Assembly: GCA_965203295.1 (NCBI GenBank) | Contig: CBDBCZ010000017.1 | Coordinates: 320,001 to 384,000 of the forward strand | Reading direction: 5' to 3' | DNA: 64,000 nucleotides | Origin: Nitrospirales bacterium | GTDB lineage: Bacteria > Nitrospirota > Nitrospiria > Nitrospirales > UBA8639 | In this document: positions 1 to 34,778 of the stretch, in pieces | Layout of the letters: each line of letters starts with the position of its first letter | How positions within the stretch are numbered: position 1 is the first letter of the stretch | Translations under genes and position numbers: made by a program | The notes under the pieces: generated by a model | What the model was told of the DNA's origin: nothing | Databases searched by the model: none | Seen by the model: only the letters and a program-made list of their open reading frames with translations

Positions 1-414
1 CCTTCCCTGAACTGTGAACCCTAATTATTGTCACTCTGCATGAATCCATAATTTTGATTTTATGTCTGTTTGACCGCATTTTACCAATTACTGTGAAGGC
101 AGCAATTAATGCGTTACAACTTTTCCAAAGTTTGACATTCACAAAAAGTGGACACCTTAGATTTTGTGACTTCAAAGCATGCTTGGAGCATGTTCGTAGA
201 AGTTGCAGATTTAAATACATGTAAGTGATTAGCTACTATAGAACCTAGGTGTAGCATAGGTGGAAATGTACTGATGGCATTTTAGGTCAGTTCAGTGAAT
301 AGTGAAAGGTAGGCTATTTGTGTGTACGATAATATGTGCCAAGTCTAAAGAGTACACTAATATAGCTTTTTTATGCTGTTTGTTTGAGCGCATACTTGGT
401 ATGTGTTGTTACAG

Positions 415-18571
<18,157 letters not shown>

Positions 18572-19119
18572 CTTCCATCACAGTGACTGACTTTCCATCA
18601 CTTTTTTTTTGGTGTATTCATTTCAGATTGGAACCAATGTTGAGTGTTCATTAACAACGTGTGATCTGTATAATTATCCTACATTACATCATCTCTAATA
18701 CATTCATTGGATGAGAGCAGTAGGATAATATGTATAGGATATACTACGTCTACGAGGAGTATATCGCGTTTATACTCCGAGTAGACGTGGTATATCCGGC
18801 TTATACAACATTTGACCAATCAGTGGAGTAGGTATAATACTTAGAAACGCTGGGCTAGCATTCCCAGAGGCAGCAGTTATTTACGATGTCATAATACATG
18901 AAAATATGAAAGTAGTATAATAAAACATGAAAACAATTAATGTGGTATAATATTATGACCCTTTATACTCCTCTTCTGCTCCAATCAAACACCTTGGATG
19001 TGATGTAATGTGGTATATATAAAGGCACAATGTCATATTTTACAGTTCTGTACTTTAGTAACATAACCTCAAGCTACTTCACGATAGTTACGCACATGTG
19101 CAGTAGTGGGATAAGTCAG

Positions 19120-19246
19120 ATAGATCACGTCACAGTGGAGGATATGCGCCCAAAATATCCTCCTTGGATACGGTTTTATCACTTGGCTGCGCCTCGGGCA
19201 TCTGCGGAGGATATAGGCGCATATCCTCCACTGTGACGTGATCTAT
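19120..19246. repeat. Long inverted repeat (foldback), probably part of a non-autonomous element
   Basis: atagatcacgtcacagtggaggatatgcgcc ... ggcgcatatcctccactgtgacgtgatctat. Confidence 0.75.
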
Positions 19247-20114
19247 CCTATACTTATCATTCCCGCTTGTGAGGCTGACTGTCAAATTAAATTTGAAATA
19301 GCATATCATGTGGCCCCATATATGTACATATACAGATATCATGTTCACGTCATTGTAAATTCATGGTACCCGCACCCTCGAGGCCTCGGGCGCGTTAATT
19401 ATAAGGTTTACACAAGATGCCCAATGAACAATGATGGCCCCACACCATAAATTTATAATCTTTTAATCATTTATTCATTTCTTTGTTTTGTTGAACGCCT
19501 CATTACACACGGTGAGTATACAACTTAAAATCATTAACAGTACATACTGTGATATTGACCTAAGTGTGAAGAGGAAATGACTGTACACATGAGCCTGATA
19601 GCTACAAGTCAAACTCTACAAATAAATAAGTTATAGTATGTAGCGAAGCGCTCCATCACACTCTTTACCCCTTCTCCCACCACAAACTTGCTTTACTGTA
19701 GCACATGCGGTTCTCCCTTTCTAGCCTCTCTTCCTGACTCACTAAAGCCATTGTCACGCAACTCACTCTTCTGGTAACACATACCCTCTTAGCGCTTTGG
19801 CTATCCCACTAGCGACTCTAGCAACACATAGCTAAACAGCAGCCTTGTTGTCCTCCTGGCAACTCTCTTGCACACAATACTTGCCTCAGCGACGCTTGCC
19901 CCTCAGCAGGTAACCACTTAAGTTAAAACATGTACACAGTGATATATAAGCTGACTGGTGATAGCTAGTTAGTTTTGTTGTAATTTCGATCTTCCCTATG
20001 CAGTTTTAGCGTGCTTATTAATTGGCTCCTAGAGTCCTATTGAAGTTGTTAAACATCAACACTGCATACGTAGGAGAAATTATAACCTGATTTATAATAT
20101 TATGTTTTATACAG

Positions 20115-21193
20115 CTACTGAATTGACGTATGGAATAGTGGCCACAATCTTCTCACTTGGATTTAAGCTGTGTGCTGAATTTGTACAAAAGCATGGTCCA
20201 ATTAAGGGTCTTTATCAGCTTCATAAGCCACTTGGTTGGATACTTTATCAGATTTCTTGCAGCCAGAGGATTCTTCCCATGGCTAAAGAAACACGGAGGC
20301 TGGGTAAGTGTCCCCAAAAGTAGTAGTACCTTCCCTATATTATAAGATAGCCAGGTGGTGTGTAGGGGAAGTCCCAGGGACTCTCCCTCATGTACCTACC
20401 CAAATGCATATTATGTACTTCATATACAGAAGCCTACTGGTGGCAATTGTGCAGGGGTCAGCATGTGCTCGTATTATACCTACATAAAGATATAGTCAAT
20501 TTGAAGCAATGTGATGGCCAGTCATTAAATAATTCGCATTTAAATGCATGAAGTCTCATTCCAATACTAAAAGTTTGTTTTTTATTTACCAAAGTCGAAT
20601 AGTACTGTAACAGTAGGATACAGGTCTACAACTTTGTAGATACGATACTACATTATTAAAAGTTAATTATGTAGGCTGTAATAACCACCCCACTCTTTCA
20701 TACATGTATGACTGTAGATACCGTAATTCGGGAAAAATTCTCGTTACAAAATTTAATTTCATAAGATAAATTTTCGCGTTAAAATTTTTTCGTAGATTTA
20801 GAACAAGCTACGAAAAATTCTCACGCTTAGTAATTTCGCTCACTGCACTCAATTCAGACTGTCGATTTCTGTGTACGTGTCACTTTTGGACCGTAAATTT
20901 TCGTTATTTGAATAATTAGCTGTAAATTTTTTTCCTAATTTTAATTTTCGTAGCCTTGGAGGCCTACGAAAATATTTTAACGCCGAATTTTTCCCGAATT
21001 AGGTACAATACAGAGCCACCTCTTAGTTCTGGCTGAAAAACATCAGTACACAGCAGGTCTGATGCATGGAGCCATGATTACAGGTGGTGCTGCCGTTCTG
21101 ATTGCATTCCTACTGCAGCAGTACTATTTCTTTTTTTTGTCACTTTTGGTCATTTTCTACCTGGTGTACAGAGTTCGATTCAAAAAAGCTTAA
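20115..21193 (+). pseudogene. Bak-like pseudogene A (BH1-BH2 exon with a +4 frameshift, plus TM exon; 5' exons not found)
   Basis: Exon 20115-20303 is 189 nt versus 185 nt in paralogs B, C and D. It reads ATELTYGIVATIFSLGF...KHG / LRVFISF...FFPWLKKHGGW. Exon 21014-21193 (SHLLVLAEKHQYTAGLMHG...) is homologous to the last exon of gene B. Confidence 0.8.
20719..21005. mobile_element. MITE with TACCGTA-type TIRs; relatives at 30963-31149, 49456-49976 and ~9455-9716
   Basis: taccgtaattcgggaaaaattc ... gaatttttcccgaattaggta. It ends 8 nt before the last exon of pseudogene A. Confidence 0.75.
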
Positions 21194-21729
21194 TTGGTAT
21201 TATTTCTGCACAGTATGAACTTAAATCTTTTCTGCCTATTGTAATTATAAGAGCCGGAATTGAGTATTAAAGATGCAGGCAACATGTAGTTTCACAGCAC
21301 TCTGCTTTTTTTTATTGGTACATATACAAGCTTGGTGGAAAACTATTATAAATACATTTTGCATGATTGTATATTGTATATAAAAGCGACTTGAATTGTA
21401 TGCTTCTATAATAGTTACTGTTCATGCATACTTGGCTATTCTTACCACCGTACGCTACTGTGTTTTTAACCTCGTCGTAAATTACCCTACGATTATAATT
21501 ACCCTATGTCATCAGTACTGCAAAAATGCGCACTTTTCGAATAGAATGACCGGTCATTATACTCCCGAGTTTACGGTATAGTATCTACGTTGTAAAAATA
21601 TACATGTATAATTATGTATACTATAAAAAATATGATTCAATACATCCAATCATTTCAATAAAGCATAACCTTGCCGAACATTATTTTACACAAATTTAAA
21701 CAACAATAATGGTTCCTAGTAACTGTTTA

Positions 21730-24342
21730 TCAGGACGATGCATATCGCTGCTTTAAAAGCAGTGCCACACAAGCGATAGAAGCACCAAGAACGACACCAT
21801 GAATAAGCCCAGTGATATATCTGTTCCTCTGAGCCTGGGCCAGGAGCTTATGCAGATAGCTCTGTATATAAAGGCAGAAGAATTAATGTGCCATAATAAT
21901 GTGTGAGAAACTATAAAAATTGATTGAATGCATTGCTATACTAGCTACATGAAGACAAAACTCACTAATTCCACTATAGGTAAAAAGGCGATTAAAATGA
22001 GAGTTTAGTTTTAGTTTTCGTTAGCCGACTAAAATGAAAAATGGTTACTAAAACACTTTTGGTATTAGTTAAATTGGCTGATTTTGGCGAAAAGAACTAC
22101 TCAGTTGTACTTGTATATAGTTTATTCCCACCCTTTAAGTTCTAGTTCAGTTAGACTAAATTTCTTAGTTTTAGATATCTAAAACAACACTACTGCATGA
22201 CAACACCAGGAACCCCACAGCCTATACGATCCAGGACTATAAGAACATGACAGTTCTTTGCGTGTACAACTGCTTACCCAGCCTCCAAGAGACTCCAACC
22301 AGGGGAAGAATCCCGAGGATGCGAGGAACTTGATCAGATAGCCCACTACTCTGCTCATGAATCCCATGAACAGACTGAGAGCATGCTTCTTGATGAAGGC
22401 AGCACAGAGCTCGTAGCCGAGGATGAACAGCACTTCCACCCTGCCTGGAGACATTATGGTAGCTATGTGGAGGAGCAGATATATACATACAACCCAATTC
22501 CAATGTTGTACTATAGCCCTTTTTCCTCATCATGCCACCGCTACGCGCAAGTAACAAAAGCATATTTTATCAGTCTATGCACACTGATAATGTAAAACTT
22601 AGTACCATATATAAGTGGGTATTCGCGTATGTACACAATTGCTTAGCACTAATCCCAGGCTCGCTGTCCTAGTCTGTAACCTGGAACTGAGGCTAAATCT
22701 CTTGAGAGAAAAAACATGTTCAGCATGCTTTGGAAGCAGGCTTAGCAATGGACTTAATAGCAAATGTTTTTGGAAGTAAACGCACTTTGCTCAATTATCA
22801 AGTTGAGATTTGGATATAATAGTCATTTGTAATTAAATAGCTGCATGTCCATGTTCAATCAACTTACGCATGCCATCTTGATCGCACTCGAGCACCAGTG
22901 ACACAATCTTCTGGAACTCTTGCAGCGCCGTGTCGGTGGCCACACTACTGTCTGTTTCCTCCACTGAGGACTCAACCCATTCGTTCACTTGAGGATCATC
23001 GCGGATCTGCTGCCTGATTTCATCGAGTTTGTCACCCCAGATCCTTCCTCTAAAGGATTCAAAGAACATTATCGCTCACATCCTATAGTTGTAGTTTTGA
23101 CTCAAATCATATTAATTGAAACCTGTAGAGTCCTGCATGCTCCCATAGTTTTGAGGACCTGGTAGCTGTGGTATTACAGACACATTCTTAGCTAGTGTAC
23201 CATACATTGCAAGTAAGCCCTTAATTCAAAAATAATTGCAAGTAAGTCAATTAAAGTTTCCCCTGCCGAAAATCATCTAGTGTAGTACGTGAAGTAGCAA
23301 AAACATGACATAAGTGTGAAGAAGACATACTCAAGTGGACACTGGAAGTAGCACATGAATATAGTTATGTTCTCACTGTATGTTGCATTTCTTGACACTA
23401 TACTTTCACTTAATTAAATTTAATTGGCAGAAATTTTGGGGGAAAAGCTGGAATGTTTGTGGGGGAACCGTTGCATTGCTAAGTGTCTGTACTTCCCAAC
23501 GATATCCAAATCCTAGCGTTTGGAGAGTGTTTGGCGTCCTTACACCGAAAAAAGACAAAATCCACTGTCCGATTATAGAGAGGGTGACACGGCTCTACAT
23601 TCAATAGCACCCCTCCGTGCTCAAAGCAGCTACGATGCCGAAAAGTTGGCGTGCAGCCAACATGGTAGTGGGGCTTCCCAATAATGAAGAAAGACACCGA
23701 AAGTTGCTTCAGGGAGGAAACACGGAACGGTGTCCGACAATACATACTTTTGTCCGATCATAGCTGTGTCCGAATTTTAACTTTGGAAGGCTATAGCTCC
23801 AGAACCAAGCAATGGAGGAACACCAAACTTTCAATTGGAAGTGCGAAGGGTCTGTACTATTGACCAAAGGCCATGCCCACTTCCGGTAATTTTCAGATCA
23901 TCAGTGGTTTACTCTAATACAGTTAGCCTGCTTCAGCCTCTGGACTTCCAGGCGCATTATTGCACATATAAGACATCCCTGCACATTGTGTATCACTAGC
24001 ACTTTAATATATAAAGTACGTATGCATGGGCTTTCTTTTGTCTCCTTGGGCAGTAAAGTGGCTCACTCTTTTACTCTCAATCCCACACCTCCAGAAACCT
24101 TACTTTTCGCCAACTTGAAACGCGTCTTCTTCTTGCTTGTTCTGTGTTTCAGGCTCAAGCTGGAAGGCTTGCCTCTGTTCGGGAGTGAGGGTCGGATCGC
24201 TGCGAGCTGAATCGCTGGCACTGCCTAAGAACGCCACGGTAGTAGCTCTCTCGTCTGTCTCGCTGATCCCCAGCTCTTCCGCCTTCGGGAGCGTGAGGTA
24301 CACGTTCCCCGAGCCGTGTACGTTCACAGTAAGTTGGGCCAT
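21730..24342 (-). CDS. Bcl-2 family, Bak-like gene B (245 aa, 4 exons)
   Basis: Exons 24342-24104, 23049-22868, 22462-22278 and 21861-21730; phases are consistent (738 nt). BH3-like VGEKGRIWGDKLD, BH1-like MSPGRVEVLF, BH2 FFPWLESLGGW, C-terminal TM YITGLIHGVVLGASIACVALLLKQR. Confidence 0.88.
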
Positions 24343-24507
24343 ACTCTGACACTACAAATCAATGTTATTAGCCACACCTACTTAGCTGATTCAGCAAATT
24401 CTTTAGCCACACCTACATAGCTGATTCAGCAAATTTTCGAGGGCGTGGTCTATGCACTCTACTTATATATCTTATCTATGGTCTATGTTGACGGAATAAG
24501 TATCGCG
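24343..24507. promoter_or_regulatory. 165-bp bidirectional promoter region between Bak-like genes B and C
   Basis: Divergent ATGs at 24342(-) and 24508(+). Direct repeat ttagccacacctac(t/a)tagctgattcagcaaatt at 24368-24400 and 24403-24435. GGGCGTGG at 24441. Confidence 0.7.
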
Positions 24508-27264
24508 ATGTCGGTTCAGCTAGATGTGAGCACACACGGCTTTAGCAGCAGCTTCTCACTTGACCTTCCGTCCGCCAGAGAACTTGGGGTCAGCGAGGAC
24601 GAAGAGAGAGCTACGGCGGCCGCTATTCTGGGGTGCGTCGGTGAATCCGCGCGCAAAGACGCCACGCTGACTGAAGAGCAGTCCAGTGCGTTGCAACTGC
24701 AACCGTCGACGAAGTCTGAGGAGGAAGACACCGCGGTTCTAGTGGGGCGAACGTAAGCTGAGTTCCCAGTAAATCAGTATAGCAAAGACTGAATCAATCA
24801 CGGCAGTATAAAATAGACCTGAAACAATTAAGAGAACTAATAATGCTGACAGAACCGTAGATAGTAGAGTAATCCTTCTACTCTACTATCTATGACAGAT
24901 TAACCAAGTGGGTGATCAAACATGAAATCCACTCTAGCTATAACTACAACCCACATTTATGATTATTACAGCTACGCACTAGCTACTATTACAGTTGCAC
25001 CATGGGTCTGGCACATTATGCCAGTACGTATGCATGACTACCTTAGTCTGGCCTATCCAAAACAGCTGTTTTGGTAACTAGATCTACAGTGACTATAGCG
25101 CTACTATAAACAATAATAAGCTCTATTATCTATGGCACTACCCGCTTTCAAGCCAAGAGCTAGCTAATCTTGTGTGTTGAAAAAAATGCAGTGCTCTGTG
25201 CTGCCGTTGCAAGGCCAGATCACTCATAATGCTTCCGTTCTAGGGTTGTATAACTGAATGGTCAAGCCTCTCACGATGTAGCACCAGTAAGTGGCTAGTA
25301 TAATTTTCATGTGTACTCATTTCATGGCAGGATTGTTAACTGGGCTGAAGAAATAGACCAACGATTGTCAGGAGATGAACTTGTCAGAGGCCTGGTTGAT
25401 TCATGTGTTAGTGAGACAGACAGTGGGAGAGCGTCACATCAAACGTTTCAGATATTTCAGAAAATTGTCAGAATTGTTTTGGAGTGTGATCAGAATGGAC
25501 TAGGTGAGTTCTTGCATTACAGTCAACAGATTCAATTACCAGCTATGCACCTTCTACTATTAACACTGCATTTTATTTGGTCTGCAAAAAAAAATGATCC
25601 AACCAGCCTATAATTTCTACACAGCGATTTTTCATGCGTGGAAAACCAAGAGAGACACGTAAACAGCGAACTCTTCTATATAGGTTGTTGATCGGAGTTC
25701 TCTTTCTATATACCAACCACAAATTGGCTTCACATACTTCATTTGATGATGAAGTTTGTGCAATTTGTGGTTGGTCAGTAGAAAGAGAATTCCCATCAAC
25801 ATGAATACCGAGAAACAACCGAGATCCTCTTTGAAGTCTTCTCAAAGGTTGTTACTATAGTAACAAGGTATAGTCTTTTTCCTTACAGCATGGCAAGAAT
25901 CTCATAGAGTGTAGGAAGCTGAAGATGTGCATATACTATGTAATAGTTAAAGGTCAGTTAGGGTGAGGGGAATTTAAAGTCCGAGGCAAAGCCGAGGAGT
26001 TTAACCCCTCACCCAAACTGACCTTTAACTGATTTAATGTACATTGGTATAGCAATGATCCCTGTATGTGGCCTCCTTTGAGCACTATAAGTGTGGGGAA
26101 AAGTGGTTGCCATGGTAATGTACATTAAAAATGGCTCAGAGCAGGAGTTCTAACTAGACCTCTGCTCTCAGCCTAGTTAGAACATATAGCTGCCATCCTC
26201 CAAGCTATATTATAATAGCTACCGTACCTATAGCCTAGAACCCAGCCGTCCCAGCTGCAAGCGGGAAAAAAAGCTGGGTTTGAGGCTATCTGTACATGTG
26301 TAGGATAATAAGTACACCACTGAAAGTAAGTACCCAAAGAATACACGTAATTGAATCAATTACAACAAGAAAGCACCAATACAAGACTTAGAAAGAATGT
26401 GTATCACCGTAATTTCTCCCATGCATGCATCAGCCACTAAGATGACATACGGCAGACTGGCAGCACTGTTTGGTCTAGGCTACATGCTCTGCAAGGCGTT
26501 CGTGAAGACACACTCTGTGCAACTTGTGTGTGACTTTGTGAAGCAAGTGATTGGTTATGTCATCAGATTTCTTGCAGAATCGAGGTTCTTTTCATGGTTG
26601 AAAGTACAGGGAGGCTGGGTAAGTATGAACTTTTAGGTGGCCGTCTTTTCTGAGTGATGCATGTATTGAAACTCAATTAATGCGTGCGTGGGACTCTTTT
26701 CACTGGCACGTTCATGTCAACATAATGCCCTTCACTTAAAGTGAAAAGTTTGATGTTACAGTAGTTAATAGCAGAGTAGCTATATACACAATTATAAACT
26801 GATTTTTATCTGTAGCTGAGTGTAGCTGCTGTATGCACGTTAAAGGAAGTGTATGGTCTCCTGATTTCCTACAACACATACGGTAATCATGTGCAGTGTT
26901 AGTCACGCTGGCCCGCGAGACTATTGCAGTGTAATATGATCATCGTAGTTTAATCGTTCCTTTCCAATTTAATCTTCATAATTCTTCCTTTCCAATTTAA
27001 TCTTCATAATTCTTCCTTTCCAATTTAATCTTCATAATTCTTCCTTTCCAATTTAATCTTCATAATTCTTCCTTTCCAATTTAATCTTCATAATTCTTCC
27101 TTTCCAATTTAATCTTCATAATTCTTCCTTTCTATTTTCAGGGTACTCTTCTGAAGTCATCTCTGGCTACTGCTAGAACTAACAACTATGTTGCTGTAGC
27201 TGGTGCAGTAACAGTCGTAGTTGGGTTTGTGCTTCTTGCAGTAGGCTACTGCAAGTGTAAATGA
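24508..27264 (+). CDS. Bcl-2 family, Bak-like gene C (241 aa, 4 exons)
   Basis: Exons 24508-24752, 25331-25503, 26434-26618 and 27142-27264 (726 nt). BH3-like VGRTIVNWAEEID, BH1-like MTYGRLAALF, BH2 FFSWLKVQGGW, TM YVAVAGAVTVVVGFVLLAVGYCKCK. Same intron positions as gene B. Confidence 0.9.
26957..27132. repeat. 28-bp tandem repeat, ~6 copies (ttcctttccaatttaatcttcataattc)
   Basis: Identical units immediately upstream of the acceptor of the gene C TM exon. Confidence 0.95.
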
Positions 27265-27637
27265 TGTGCCTAGCTTGTTATGGCCATATATCAACTCATC
27301 ATATCATCCTGTGTGTATATACATGACATGTATCTATATATAATATTGTTATAGCTAACTTCATGTTTTTTACTACTATTATTTTTGTACATGATATTGT
27401 ACTGTCTCATAGCCCATTTTTGTCTTGCTGCCCCTGTGGTGTGACGTAAAAATGTTTATCTATCTAATGGTGACTGATTATCTATCTATCTATTATTGTT
27501 TATTTATCTCATAACATTGTATACTAGTACCACACAGGTAGCTAATGACAGCTAGCTGAAATAAGTTTTTCATTTATATGCTTGTCAATACAGATAGGGA
27601 TTTTTCTCTGATTACCAATACCGCACCGTGCAAGTTA

Positions 27638-27678
27638 TGACGTAAGTTGTTGACGTTTAGCACTCGGGGGGAATTCCC
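27638..27678 (+). promoter_or_regulatory. Putative proximal promoter of gene D: TGACGTAA (CRE/ATF-like) and GGGAATTCCC (NF-kB consensus)
   Basis: TGACGTAA at 27638 (also 27442). GGGAATTCCC at 27669-27678, about 100 bp upstream of ATG 27771. Confidence 0.5.
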
Positions 27679-27770
27679 TGGGTCCTCCCCTTCCTTCTTA
27701 ACAAACAGTGTGCATTTATTAGAGTTTTTACCGACTTATAATAGTGCTACCTGAAAAGTGCTGTAAAGAT

Positions 27771-31688
<3,918 letters not shown>

Positions 31689-32750
31689 CACATTTGACAG
31701 GCCACTTTTCTGCTTCTGTTGTACATACACATGTATTATATTTCACGCCCAATGAACCTAAAGTCATGCTAAAAATTGAGATCTGGGGGTTTTTGTTTTA
31801 AGCTCTCAGTATAATAACAGTCAGATCACCTTTCTGTACAATGTCATGCATAATAATTGTGGCTTTTTTTTTTTGGTTTTTTTTTATCGCATCATAATTT
31901 TCACCATTGTCAGTGTTCTATGTGTACATGTATATTTATATGTGTACATGTATATTTATATGTTCAGAGACACAATCATGCTATCAAATGAACAAGCCTT
32001 TACTTCCACTTCCTCTGTTGCCCCTCTCAGTATATAAGTATCAGGGAACAGATTGATGGCAAGTCAGGTAGCTAATTTTCTTGATTATGTACATGTATAT
32101 AGTGACTAAAATGCCATCTCGAAGTTATATAAACATCCCAAACAATAGTACATGTATATATAGTTAGTGTTCCTGATACACTTTACATGAAGTGTACATG
32201 TACATCAATCAGCGAATCATGCATGCATACTCCATGAATCCCAGACCTAAAAAATTCTGCTTTTGACTCAGTGAATACTAGTTAGTAGTTCCACCTAGCT
32301 GCAAGCTTCTCCTGACCACGGTATCATGTAGCTATATATACGTAGTATCAACTTTGCCAGCCCACCTGACTGTACGTGGTTTATTATACTATTCCAGTAA
32401 ACTTCTGCTACAATTATGTTGTCATTTACTGCTCCATATGTCCGTATAAATCCTTTATTGAGAAGTTGGTACAGTAGAAATAGGAGATCTGCAGTGACTA
32501 ATTTACTTAATAATGTAAAAAGAACACAAGTGAAGGTATTTTTATGCTCCGGAAGGGCTACAAAGCAAACTCTAGGAGCAAAATTCAGACATCAGTACAA
32601 AAGTATGAAAGACTAGCATTAGATAAAAAAATGTGATTAAAAAAAAAAGAATGAGATTTTGAAGGTGATTTTGATATCCAGGGAAGTGTGCTTCCCTCGA
32701 CTAGTGGTGGTCATGGCTGTCAATTGCATGGCTGTGATCGTGGATATTTT

Positions 32751-32852
32751 ACTCAGAAGTAGCTGAATGCCCATACTGCAATAGAGCTGATCCCGACGGC
32801 AAGGGAGGCATAGTTATCTACTTGCCCAAACCACTGGAACTCTTCTTTCTTC
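32751..32852 (-). pseudogene. Relic of a gene-E-like Bak C-terminal TM segment
   Basis: The minus strand reads SSSGLGK*...YASLAVGISSIAVWAFSYF*, versus gene E STSGWGKHAFLFIGITSIAIWAFSYFRSK. Flank 32420-32820 is duplicated at ~35930-36355. Confidence 0.7.
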
Positions 32853-33535
32853 CTTATTACCAACTTCATGAGAGGGATTGCTACGACACGGTATAGACAG
32901 CACAAATTAATGTTTTTGCTCCCTCTTGTAGCTGAATGGCGTACTCACACTGTAGTTTTCCGAGGCCATGGAAGAGTGCTGGGAACTGGATGGCAGGCCT
33001 TTGAGTTTCTATCTGCATAATATGTGGATTGCTGCAAGATGAACTACCAGACCGAGCTCTTCTATAGCTGGTCGTCCAAGCAATTAGGGCCTATTCAGTC
33101 CTTCTGCAATGTAGATGACTTCTTTGGCTTCTTGGGCGATGCTCTTAAGTGTTCTCCTAAGCTTCCCTAAAGCTTGAGGGCGTGGCTGTTTGTGTCCTTC
33201 AGGGTCCGATCTTATGGTGACAGGGGAGGCTGCCAATGTGCTTCCAGACCTGCCCTGAGATCACACTCACCTCTGCTCCTGTGTCGATGCATGCGGAGAC
33301 CTACTGGGCTGCCCTGGAGTTACAGGGTCACATCCCAAAGGTTGCTCTCTTGTGTGCTCCGTTTTTCTAAGGTTCCAGAGAAAGCACCACGATGTAATGA
33401 CCTCGACACATGATAATGTCACATCAAACATAATACCACAGCCACACTACCTGACTGAAAAAAAAATCAAAGGAGTGAAAGACGTAAGATTACAATTGAA
33501 CATGTTAAGGTCCCGGTCTCTGCTGTACTTTTTAC

Positions 33536-34635
33536 ATACTAATTTGTTCACTTAACGGACTATCCAACAGCACTCATACCCTAGATCTGCAGTGGATTGA
33601 GAAGTGAGTGTGCAGTTGTATGGATGGTTAACAATCACCATGTTAAAAGTGACGCTCTCTACAACAAAACGTATACTAATTTGTTCACTTAACGGACTAT
33701 CCAACAGCACTCATACCCTAGATCTGCAGTGGATTGAGAAGTGAGTGTGCAGTCGTATGGATGGTTAACAATCACCATGTTAAAAGTGACGCTCTCTACA
33801 ACAAAACGTATACTAATTTGTTCACTTAACGGACTATCCAACAGCACTCATACCCTAGATCTGCAGTGGATTGAGAAGTGAGTGCATGTGCAGTTGTATG
33901 GATGGTTAACAATCACCATGTTAAAAGTGACGCTCTCAACAACAAGGCGTATACTAATTTGTTCACTTAACGGACTATCCAACAGCACTCATACCCTAGA
34001 TCTGCAGTGGATTGAGAAGTGAGTGTGCAGTTGTATGGATGGTTAACTATCACCATGTTAAAAGTGACGCTCTCTACAACAAAAAGTATACTAATTTGTT
34101 CACTTAACGGACTATCCAACAGCACTCATACCCTAGATCTGCAGTGGATTGAGAAGTGAGTGTGCAGTCGTATGGATGGTTAACAATCACCATGTTAAAA
34201 GTGACGCTCTCTACAACAAAACGTATACTAATTTGTTCACTTAACGGACTATCCAACAGCACTCATACCCTAGATCTGCAGTGGATTGAGAAGTGAGTGC
34301 ATGTGCAGTTGTATGGATGGTTAACAATCACCATGTTAAAAGTGACGCTCTCAACAACAAGGCGTATACTAATTTGTTCACTTAACGGACTATCCAACAG
34401 CACTCATACCCTAGATCTGCAGTGGATTGAGAAGTGAGTGTGCAGTTGTATGGATGGTTAACTATCACCATGTTAAAAGTGACGCTCTCTACAACAAAAA
34501 GTATACTAATTTGTTCACTTAACGGACTATCCAACAGCACTCATACCCTAGATCTGCAGTGGATTGAGAAGTGAGCGTGAAGTTGTATGGACGGTTAACT
34601 ATCACCATGTTGAAAGTGACGCTCTCTACAACAAC
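33536..34635. repeat. 137/141-bp tandem array, 8 units, containing a 415-bp higher-order duplication
   Basis: Unit starts at 33536, 33673, 33810, 33951, 34088, 34225, 34366 and 34503. Diagnostic variants show units 2-4 match units 5-7. A monomer occurs at ~37105-37245. Confidence 0.95.
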
Positions 34636-34778
34636 TTAGTAAAAATACAGCAGAAACCGGGACCAACATGTTTTAGTTGTAATTTTACATCACTCATTCC
34701 CGGGCTTTAAAAGAGACACACAACCGACAGCTGCGTAGTACCCACCGAGTAAACCGTTCAACCACTAGCTAGAGTATC

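Noticed and set aside
32960..33170. Coding-like fragment (LGTGWQAFEFLSA*YVDCCKMNYQTELFYSW...DDFFGFLGDALK)
   Set aside because: It contains a stop and has no recognisable homology. It may be a captured pseudogene fragment, but that cannot be supported without a search.
33536..34635. Possible CRISPR array or tandem ncRNA genes
   Set aside because: The units are near-identical end to end with no unique spacers, and no recognisable 5S, tRNA or snRNA motifs were seen.
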